From positions 186,001 to 250,000 of the forward strand of contig NIVC01000219.1 of assembly GCA_002269645.1 (NCBI GenBank): DNA of 64,000 bases, in the 5' to 3' direction. The notes beneath the pieces are model-generated. The model had not been told where the DNA came from, ran no database searches, and saw only the letters and a list, made by a program, of their open reading frames with translations. Both the position numbers and the translations under genes were made by a program. The first letter of the stretch is position 1, and the number at the start of each line of letters is the position of its first letter. This stretch comes from Macrostomum lignano. Lineage: Eukaryota. Positions 44,682 to 54,798 of this stretch are shown here, piece by piece.

Positions 44682-45555
44682 TCAGATAAACATGCAGGGC
44701 TCCGGGAGGTCGCGATAGTAGGGCCAGCCGACTTGAGCGAAAAACCATCGGTACTCTTCGTCGAGGACCGTCAGCGCTGGCGGCGGATTGGCTCTTATAG
44801 CTCGCTGGAGGCGATAGGCGACGTCCTGGAGAACAGCGACAGCTTCCTGGTAACTGAATTGATCCCTTAGAAACTTCAGGTGTGTCCAAATTTGCGAGCA
44901 TTGGGGTAGCGCTGTCGGCTGTCGGATCGGTGGTACGCTACTTTCAGTGCGTATTGCTCAATGTGGAAGCGTAGCTTTTCCACCTCTGCTCCGCGAGTCT
45001 CCACAAGTTCTCGGACGATGCGATGAAAATCTCTCTGCGAATTCTATTGCTGCTGGCTCGGCTGTAGTGCTGATGGCTGGCTAGACTGCTGCGCTGATTG
45101 CAGGCTCGGCTGCAACGCTGACTGCTGCGCTGATTGCAGGCTCGGCTGCGACGCTGGCTGCTGAGCTGGCGGTGTCGCAGCTGTCGATTTCTTCTGCCGT
45201 GGTGCCGGGGTCTTTCTCGATGATGGGGCAGCTGGCGGTGACACCAACTGCTGCGTTCGGCTTGATGTCGACGATCCTGGCGTGGCCTTGACAACATAGG
45301 AGCGCACGGGCGCAGCTGCCTGTGCTGCCACCAGGGCGGCGCGCTTCTGCTCGGGCCTTCGACCCTCATTTGGCGGCAAGGCGATGAAGCTGGCGATGAT
45401 GTTCTTGGCCGTTTGCTGGATACACCAGGCGCCTTTGGACGTGTTGCACATCGAAGCGGTGCCTCATTTTCGTCGGTGTTGGGCGCTGGCTGGGGCTCCA
45501 TATCGTCTGACAGATTGCCAATTAACTCGTCCAAGATATCAATAGAGTTGTTCAT
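44682..45555 (-). CDS. Accessory ORF region of unknown function inside the LTR element (env position)
   Basis: 203-aa ORF from ATG 45555 (MNNSIDILDELIGNLSDD...), with overlapping open frames downstream including LKFLRDQFSYQEAVAVLQDVAYRLQ...WFFAQVGWPYYRDLPEPCMFI* (stop 44682). TATAAATA at 45639-45646 and GGGGCGGGG at 45697-45705 lie upstream. Confidence 0.5.
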
Positions 45556-45955
45556 TTTGATTTCTCTGCGAATGGCTCTTAGAATAGAAAGGAAGCTAGC
45601 AGTGAGCTATGGGATCTGTGGGGCCTGCGGGGTGCTCGTATTTATAGGCTGGCGGGTTGAAAAACTGGACCTCTTCGAAGCACTCCCCTCGCGCGTGGGG
45701 CGGGGCATGCCAGATTTGACAGATTTGACAACTAAATTTTTATGGATTTTCTATTTCTTTTTATAACTTTTTTATTTTTTGATAGATTTTCTTGAGTAAA
45801 GTATCAAATTAAAGATCGCATTTTGTAGATTAATATGGTATTTACAGATTCGCTCTATGTACAGCATGTCAAATTTTATAAGCAGATAAGTAATTCTAAT
45901 ACGGAATTTTAACTATTTAACACTGTTTCTTATGGGAAATTGCTTACGTCATGAT

Positions 45956-46960
45956 TTAAGGTGCTAAATATTTCGCGTAGCGCCTTCGGGGCACAAATCC
46001 TGTCGCGCCTTCTCTTTCTCTCCTTCGCTGAGTCATCCTAAAGTTATACCTATTCTCTGGCTGAACTCGTTCCTCCTCTAACTCTAATGCTCCTTCTTCT
46101 TCTTCTGATGGCTCATCTGAGTCAGTCGCTCTCTCTGTATTCTCACTGTTCAATTCCTCATTTCCTTCGTTTTCACTCTGCGAATTCGGATCTGCGAATA
46201 CTCTCCATTGAATTCTGTTTTCTTCGTCTGAGCTTTCCTCCTCTAAAATTTGAACTTCTGGAATTCTAACTTCTTTTTGTCTATGGCAAATTCTTTTCTT
46301 CGGCTTCGGCTGTTCTTTCTTCTTAGTTGGCACTATTGCTGGTTCTAAATTATCATTATTAATTTCTTCTGGTAAATCAATTTCGGATTTCGGCACTGGA
46401 GTCAGATTATTACTGTTTTTCTTCGAACAATTTTGCAAATTCTCACAGCTTCTCTTCGAAATCTCATCTTCATTTCATCTCATCTCAACTCAACAACTTC
46501 TCGACTCAATATCTCAACTCGACCCTGACCTCTCGAAAGCTTCTCTGCTGAACTCATGCCAGCTACAGCTCTACTGTCACGGGTCCTACAACTCTTAACA
46601 AATTCTCAAATCTCGAATCTCCTTCCGCTATCTCAGTTTGGCCTCGTCAGTAGAATCATAGAAATTCTGTATTAATCTGCTCTTTAGGCCTTACTGCCCT
46701 TCCTTTCCTGCATGGCCTGACTCTCTGAACCTTTTTTGGCTCTTCTGAAAGCGTCATCGGCCTCTTCTTTCTGCCTTTGGCCAATCCGCAATTGGTCAGC
46801 ATGCGTAGCTGTCCGCGCGTCATGCCAATCTCTGCAATCCAATCTTTTCGACAATTCTCTTCGCACAATTCTGCACAGTTCTCTCAGCATCAACTTCTCG
46901 TCAACTTCTCTGAGTAAAATAATCTTCCTTCAATGTTTTCAGTCCGAAATTGCAGTTCCC
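45956..46960 (-). pseudogene. Remnant of the pol/integrase C-terminal tail
   Basis: Broken frames containing LLRVVGPVTVEL* (GPY/F-like) and an acidic tail ending ...ENRYNFRMTQRR..., as often seen at Gypsy pol C-termini. Confidence 0.5.
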
Positions 46961-47237
46961 TGGCTTTCCTAAATAAGTTTCTTAGTAAAACGGCCCTTTT
47001 AAGGTCAAACGGCCCTTTTAAGGGTCACCTTCCTAAAATTTAATTATTTTATTTCTTTTAGACAGCTTATTGCCTTGCAACATGCCAACAAAATACCTCT
47101 TAATCAAATGTTTTTGGGTTTTTGTGAATTTTTTTATTCGTTTTTATATTTATGCATATATATTTGAAACATATTTACAGATTTGCTTTACAGACACTTT
47201 TAATTTGCTGATTCGCTTGAGTTCGCTCACTTTCTGA

Positions 47238-47816
47238 TTATGGCGGCTTCTGCTGGGCGTACCGATTGAAGTTGATTCGGCACTGGTGTCCTGCTTGAGG
47301 CCTAATGGGTCCTGGCTGGTTGCAGAAGAAGCAGTGACCAGGTGTCGGCTCTGGCCTGATTCCACTGAATCTGTTCAGGCGGCGCGGTCTTAGCACTGAC
47401 TGCTGCTGCTGCCCTGTCTTTGGTTCTAGGCTAATGTTCGTTAGCACGAAGGTCAAGGTCATTAGACACTCTACTAATGCATCAATTCCCTCTTTTCGGT
47501 TCTGCTGCTTCGGCTCAAATTCTTCGATTATTCGTCGCCTAATTTCCTGATACTGACTCTGCTCTTTTCTGTGACTGATTCGGCGTTTCAGTCCCTCTGG
47601 GATGTTTAGATTAGCAAAGAGAGCTTCCTTCTGTTTCTCGCCTGTAATCCCTTGGATTCTGCACTGCTGCTCAAACGTGTTCATCCACTGCCTAATGTTC
47701 TGACCAGGTGTGAACTTTTCTACTTGCACTTCAGCCTCCTTCGATCCTAACTTGAGATGTTTCCTCAGTTCCTCTGCCAGCATGGCGATGGCATCATTAG
47801 CCTGATTCTGATTCAT
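47238..47816 (-). CDS. Gag-like ORF of the LTR element (192 aa, zinc knuckle degenerate)
   Basis: ATG about 80 nt after the PBS; capsid-like VEKFTPGQNIRQWMNTFEQQCRI...KEALF; CFFCNQPG(P)IRPQ(A) at the CX2CX4HX4C position. Confidence 0.75.
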   Translation of the reverse strand: MNQNQANDAIAMLAEELRKHLKLGSKEAEVQVEKFTPGQNIRQWMNTFEQQCRIQGITGEKQKEALFANLNIPEGLKRRISHRKEQSQYQEIRRRIIEEFEPKQQNRKEGIDALVECLMTLTFVLTNISLEPKTGQQQQSVLRPRRLNRFSGIRPEPTPGHCFFCNQPGPIRPQAGHQCRINFNRYAQQKPP

Positions 47817-49826
47817 CTTCTCTCTATGAAAAACTTTTCAAATTATTCTTCGGAATTCTTCTGAATCTAGTTTTGAGAGTTCGCGCCGTTTCTCTAATCC
47901 CACCGCTGCCACCAGCTGTGACAGGCCTTTTTGGCTCTGTCTTTCTAAACTTCTAACTATTAGTGTTTATTAAATATCCTACGAGCTGCCACCAAAGTTG
48001 TTACAGGCCTTTCACCTCTTACTTTATCAATTTTAATCCCACCGATTTGCCAACTACAGTTATCCTGATTATACTTGCTTTTACTCCCTAACTATTTCTT
48101 AGAATTTCATTTAAATATTTCTGGGTAGCGTTCTTAGTAGCGTTTCTGGTAGCGTTCTTAGTAGCGTTTCTGGTAGCTTATGGCTTGCTTTCTGGTAGCG
48201 TTCTAGTAGCTTATGGCCTGAGCGGTCTAGTACTGGTATATGTATTAGTGTATAGTCCTAATCGGGCGTTCACCGAGACTAGAGGGTCACGGCGCCTCTC
48301 TTGGTATATCTCCAAGAATTAGTCCCAATTCCCTTCTCTTAGCAAATTTCTTAGAATCGTTTCACAGGTTTTGCAAATAAATAAGTCGCTATTTAGCTCA
48401 AAGACTTTGAAATGGTTTAGATTGAACTGCTTATTCTGTTCGCAATTATTTGCTCACGAGTAAAAGACAGTTAGAGTATATTTGTCGCGAAACCGCTCCT
48501 ATATATAGTGATTTTCCCCACATACGATTAAAACAAAAAAATAATTCTCCAATTTATTTCGCGCATTAAAACAAACTATTATTTGGCGTTCGCGTAGATT
48601 CAGTTTCTAAGAAAGATTCAAATATACAGTTATTACATTGAAAGAACATTCTAGTATACTATGATAAAGGCATAGCACTAGTACAAGTAAAAAGTGATAC
48701 ATACAAAGATCTGTTCAAATGCCTTAATATAAGATTAAAAAACTGGGAAGCTTGAAATTTATGCTTAAAAATAAACTTTTTAAATTGTTTTACCACTTAA
48801 CAATAACTTTTCTATGTGATTCTATAAGGTGCATAGCAAATTTTTGGGCATATATTACATGATCCAATGTGTAAATAGCATGTAATTGAACTATAACAAT
48901 TTTTCCCTTTGCTTTAAATATTGGCAACCAAGCACAAATAAATTAACTAATCATATAATATGTAATATATAATATAGTGCTATATTGGTGCTATAAAGTT
49001 GATTATTAAATGGCAATAGCCAAGAACAAATTGAAAAAAAAAATGTGCAAAGTGAGGCTACTCAGGCAGTTAAACATTCAACAAAGTTAAATAATAGGCC
49101 TCCCTATATTGATTTTTTCTTAGAAGATCCAAACTGATTCTGGTTTTAGAATTGGTTAATATGAAAAAAGTCTGAAAGTCTTTACACTGTCTGTGTGCTA
49201 TTTTTTATGCGAATCTGCTTGCTTTTAAAAATACACCTAGGCTATATAAAAATAATAATTAATAAAGATTGATTAGTAATTAATAATAGGTATAATTAAT
49301 TAGGCCTAACTGCTAATATCAACAAATAATTTTTTGCTTTATGAATATAAATTCTAACAAGCCTATGCTTAAGCCAATACAATTCAATAAAAAACACAAT
49401 TTAGCATATCTTAATTTTTATAACAATTTTGTTTGCTTAGGATCTAGCTTAAGGATATTATATTAAAGGTTTTTCAAATTTCCTAGTCAGTCAAAATTAA
49501 AAAATCAAATATATACAAAATATTTGAGATTCATATAGTAAAGTATAACAATTCCCTTCTATAGTATTTTTCCTGTAACAAATTATATATCAAAAGGGTA
49601 TGGGATTTCTAGGCTATGCTTTTTATTGCTAAAATATCAAACAATCTTTTAAATTAATTTTTTGTGTATTAAATATTTCATATTTTTAAATTTTTAGCTA
49701 AAATTACAGTACCAGAGATAAAAAATCTATCAGATGCAGAATTATTATAAATTTTTGTTTGAGTATAAACTTATTTTTTTAATGTACCTTGTCTAACACA
49801 TAAGTATCTTGTCATTGGCAACCAAT

Positions 49827-50087
49827 CATACATGCGCAACTTCTGGCCAACCTGGCCGATCTGGCCACCGTAAATTGTGGTGGACCAGGAGTAAGTCGCA
49901 AAGATGCCCAGCCTAAAGAATAGACGTATTACTAATTAGATGACGAGGCATTTAGCCCTTATAAGACAATCATAGCTACTCCTGCCGTTTACCCAAAAGG
50001 GTTAGGTTTCTTTTACAGGTTAGTCGCATTATTGGTCAAAAATTAAGTCGCATGGCCAGTGTAAATCAGGGGGGTTGCGCATGTATG
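49827..50087. mobile_element. hAT-type MITE (261 bp)
   Basis: Perfect 14-bp terminal inverted repeats CATACATGCGCAAC (49827-49840) / GTTGCGCATGTATG (50074-50087) and an 8-bp target duplication CAACCAAT (49819-49826, 50088-50095). Confidence 0.9.
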
Positions 50088-50231
50088 CAACCAATTGTTT
50101 TCTAATTTTTTATATCTAACATGTAGTTTTATATCTGCAAGTTTGATTACATTAATTGTCTGATTGTTTTCAGCAGTAGCATTCATTATTAATCTTTGCT
50201 ATACAAACAGAGCAATACTTATTGAAATTGA

Positions 50232-50438
<207 letters not shown>

Positions 50439-50639
50439 TTATTGATTTTGCCACTGATGGCTGTGTCACTTCTGATTAGCTTTGTTATGGGTTTATTTTC
50501 TGTCGCTTAGGATTGCAATTGACTAAAGTGCTTTGAGTAAATGATTTCAGGGTAGCCTTGCTATACTGATACTTTACCTTGTTAGGATTTTGATTTATCC
50601 AGGCGTATGACATTGGGATCTCAGATTTAAGGGTTCAGA

Positions 50640-51300
50640 AAGTGGGATATCAGATCTAGATTCTAAAACTGTGATCTCGGATTCGGGATTCTGAAATTGG
50701 GATGAAGATTTTTTAAGATTCTGAAATTGGAATCTTAGATTTTTGGGATTCTGAAATTGGGATCTTCGATCTGGGATTCTAAAATTGGGATTTTGGATTT
50801 GGGATTCTGAAATTGAGATCTTAATTCGGGATTCTGAAATCGGGATCTTGGATTTTTGGGATTCTGAAATCGGGATCTTAGATTTTTGGGATTCTGAAAT
50901 CGGGATCTTAGATTTTTGGAATTCTGAAATTGGGATCCTAGATTTTTGGGATTCTGAAATTGGGATCTTCGATCTGGGATTCTAAAATTGGGATTTTGGA
51001 TTTCTTAAAATGACATCTTAATTCGGGATTCTAAAATTAGGATCTTAGATTTGGGATTCTGAAATCGGGATCTTAGATTTTTGGGATTCTAAAATTGGAA
51101 TCCTAGATTTTTGGGATTCTAAAATTGGGATCCTAGATTTTTGGGATTCTGAAATTGGGATCTTTGATCTGGGATTCTAAAATTGGGATTTTGGATTTGG
51201 GATACTGGAACTGGGATCTTAGATTTTTGGGATTCAAAAATATGGATCTTAGATTCGGGATTCTAAAAATGGAATTTCGGATTTGATTTGGGATTCTGGA
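50640..51300. repeat. Degenerate ~30-bp minisatellite (GGGATTCTGAAATTGGGATCTTAGATTTTT)
   Basis: Visible tandem array; its reverse complement resembles the 60015-60440 array. Confidence 0.85.
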
Positions 51301-52451
51301 ACGAACTGTTTTCTTAGATTTATGATTGTGAAATCATTAAGACGTAAGAGTATTTCTATTGACCAATTTTGCTTAAATTTGTTCGAATTCATTCAAAAAT
51401 TGCTTGTGGTTTTCAGTGTTTTAATCAACTATGAAAAATTGATTACAGAATATTCTTGTGGTGTTGGCACGCGGTGTCATTTCAGTTTTCTGTTGTTTAA
51501 TTTTGTCTGTGTGTTTGGCTTGAATTTGTCATTTTTATGTGCCTTGGATGGAAATCAGTTGGAAGCAATCATTACTTGGTATTAAAGAGCATTCTGATTA
51601 TTATTATAGGCATAAATTTCACGCACGCGCACAAGATGTCGTTCTTCCACTGTTGAATTTTTTAAGAGCATAAAATCCATTTTGTTTGTTAACTAGTTTT
51701 GATTGATTGTTGTTTCAATTTATAATTTTCCTCTTGTCAATTGGTATTTTATATAACTTATGCACAGTTTTAGTGTCAATCGGCGTTCGCCTACTGTCAG
51801 TAATACTTGTCAGGATTTTTTGTTGTTTTTTTAATCAATGAAATTTTAGAAAGAAACTCTAAGATTTCCGATTCCCTAGTCGTGTAATTAGATTTGTAAT
51901 GATGAAGCTAGATTGGATCACTGGGATAATTCCAACTACGAGTATGTAGTCATGAATTCTGTTAAGAGCAAAAGTGATTAAAATAAAAAATAATCAAAAA
52001 CCCGCACCTTTATAAACCCTCTAAAACAGGTGTTGTGCTTTATTTTGTTCATCTTCTGCACTGTTTGCTTTTTCTCTCGTAATTTTGTATTTTTTTAATT
52101 TTTTTTCTTGTCTGTGTGCCTGCGTGTGTTTTTAACAGTAAAGAATGCAACACTCATTTCGTTTGCGTATTTTGCTTCCCGTGTGTTTACATTAATTCAG
52201 TTGACATCAATAATGTTCGCAATAAATGACCATTAATTAATTATCTAATCTTCTCATCTTCAGCACCCTGTTGGCAGGCGCTGCCCCCCTAAATGCTGGG
52301 TTCTGGATTTTGATTCTGAAAAGTCTGAAAACTTAAGTATTTAATTGGTGATTTTTGAGCTGCTTTGCCAATCTGGGCTTCTTAAAAATATTTTAAAGCC
52401 GAATTCATGCAATTTACTTTTATTTATTTTCTCGGTTTAGGCACGTTTCCC

Positions 52452-53235
52452 CAAAGTGTTTATGTAGGGTTTCCCCCCAGTGTTTATGTAGGGTTTCCCC
52501 CCAGTGTTTATGTAGGGTTTCCCCCCAGTGTTTATGTAGGGTTTCCCCTAGTCTTTATGTAGAGTTTCCCCTAGTGTTTATGTAGGGTTTCCCCCTAGTG
52601 TTTATGTAGGGTTTCCCCCCAGTGTTTATGTAGGGTTTCCCCTAGTCTTTATGTAGAGTTTCCCCTAGTCTTTATGTAGAGTTTCCCCTAGTGTTTATGT
52701 AGGGTTTCCGCCTAGTGTTTATGTAGGGTTTCCCCCTAGTGTTTATGTAGGGTTTCCCCTAGTCTTTATGTAGAGTTTCCCCTAGTCTTTATGTAGAGTT
52801 TCCCCTAGTGTTTATGTAGGGTTTCCCCCTAGTGTTTATGTAGGGTTTCCCCCTAGTGTTTATGTAGGGTTTCCCCTAGTGTTTATGTAGGGTTTCCCCC
52901 TAGTGTTTATGTAGGGTTTCCCCCTAGTGTTTATGTAGGGTTTCCCCCTAGTGTTTATGTAGGGTTTCCCCCTAGTGTTTATGTAGGGTTTCCCCTAGTG
53001 TTTATGTAGGGTTTCCCCTAGTGTTTATGTAGGATTTCCCCTAGTGTTTATGTAGGGTTTTCACTAGTGTTTATGTAGGGTTTTCACTAGTGTTTATGTA
53101 GGGTTTTCACTAGTGTTTATGTAGAGTTTACCCTAGTGTTTATGTAGGGTTTCCCCTAGTGTTTAGACAGGGTTTCCCCTAGTGTTTATACAGGGTTTCC
53201 CCTTGTGTTTAGACAGGGTTCCCCTTGTGTTTAGA
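52452..53235. repeat. ~24-bp minisatellite (AGTGTTTATGTAGGGTTTCCCCCT)
   Basis: Visible tandem array ending about 120 nt before the MOCS3 ATG. Confidence 0.93.
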
Positions 53236-53352
53236 ATGACTGAATAATTAATATTTGCAATGCTTCGCCATTTACCCTGAAATTAAATAATCTAAATCGT
53301 TAACGGTAACGCTCCAGCGGTTTTTAAAACTTCAACTAATAAATAAACAGCA

Positions 53353-54764
53353 ATGGCTAGCAAAGACAGTGCGGTGGCTCACAGCCTCACAAATCCCGAG
53401 ATCAGTCGCTACAGTCGGCAGTTAATTATGCCCGAAATTGGCGTCGCCGGTCAAATGGCTTTGAAGTCCAGCCGGGTGCTAATTATCGGCGCGGGGGGTC
53501 TGGGCTGCCCTGCCGCTATCTACCTGGCCGCTGCTGGTGTTGGTGAGTGCTCGCTGACCATTCTGTGTGTGGCTAAAATTAGGCCAGCATAAACTGGCTT
53601 CATTAATAAATACTAGTCAGTATAATGATAACTCACATTAGGGCCCAATTATAAAATCACTCTCGGGCGATTTCAAACGGACAATCACTCTCTTGGATCA
53701 CGAATGGAAAATCACTCTCTCGGATCCCTAATGGAAAATCACTCTCTTGGATCCCTAATGGAAAATCACTCTCTTGGAAAATCAGTCTCTTGGATCCCTA
53801 ATGGAAAATCACTCTCTTGGAAAACCAGTCTCTTGGATCCCTAATGGAAAATCACTCTCTTGGAAAATCAGTCTCTTGGATCCCTAATGGAAAATCACTC
53901 TCTTGGAAAACCAGTCTCTTGGATCCCTAATGGAAAATCACTCTCTTGGAAAATCAGTCTCTTGGATCCCTAATGGAAAATCACTCTCTTGGATCCCTAA
54001 TGGAAAATCACTCTCTTGGATCCCTAATGGAAAATCACTCTCTTGGATCCCTAATGGAAAATCACTCTCTTGGATCCCTAATGGAAAATCACTCTCTTGG
54101 ATCCCTAATGGAAAATCACTCTCTTGGATCCCTAATGGAAAATCACTCTCTTGGATCCCTAATGGAAAATCACTCTCTTGGATCCCTAATGGAAAATCAC
54201 TCTCTTGGATCCCTAATGGAAAATCACTCTTAGATCCCAAAATTCCCAATGGAAAATCACTCTTCCTTTAATCCTCCGCAGGCCACATAGGCATAGTGGA
54301 TCACGACAATGTTGAGCTGAGCAATCTGCATCGCCAGATTCTGCACACAGAATCTGCTATTGGCACACCTAAAGCCGTCTCTGCTGCTGAGCAGTGCCGC
54401 AGGTAATTTTTTGCTTTTACAGGTAGGCAATGTTAGTAGACTTGGTAAACTTTATTTAATTAATGCTGTTGGTTTTATTTATTTTTCTCTCAGGCTAAAT
54501 TCAAGCATTACTTTGGAGCCGATCACAGAGAAATTTACTAACAAAGTGGCTATAAACATTGTTAGTCGGTGAGTTCAATTATCAAATTAAAAACTGTTTT
54601 TGATAGTGCTAAGCAAGTACGAGTAAATAAAATACTGTAATAAGTGTTGTATATAATGTACTACCACTACCACTACTACTACTACTACTACTAGTACTAC
54701 TACTACTACTACTAATACTACTACTAATGCTACTACTACTACTACTACTGTACTACTACTACTG

Positions 54765-54798
<34 letters not shown>

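Larger units (their letters stand above)
43627..48685 (-). mobile_element. Non-autonomous Gypsy-type LTR retroelement (5059 bp)
   Basis: 769-bp LTRs at 43627-44395 and 47917-48685 (TG...CA; three substitutions found by eye); target duplication AGTA at 43623-43626 and 48686-48689; PBS at 47896-47914 complementary to a tRNA-Leu 3' end (AATCCCACCGCTGCCACCA); PPT AGAGGAGGAAAGT at 44396-44408; no RT, RNase H or integrase core. Confidence 0.95.
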
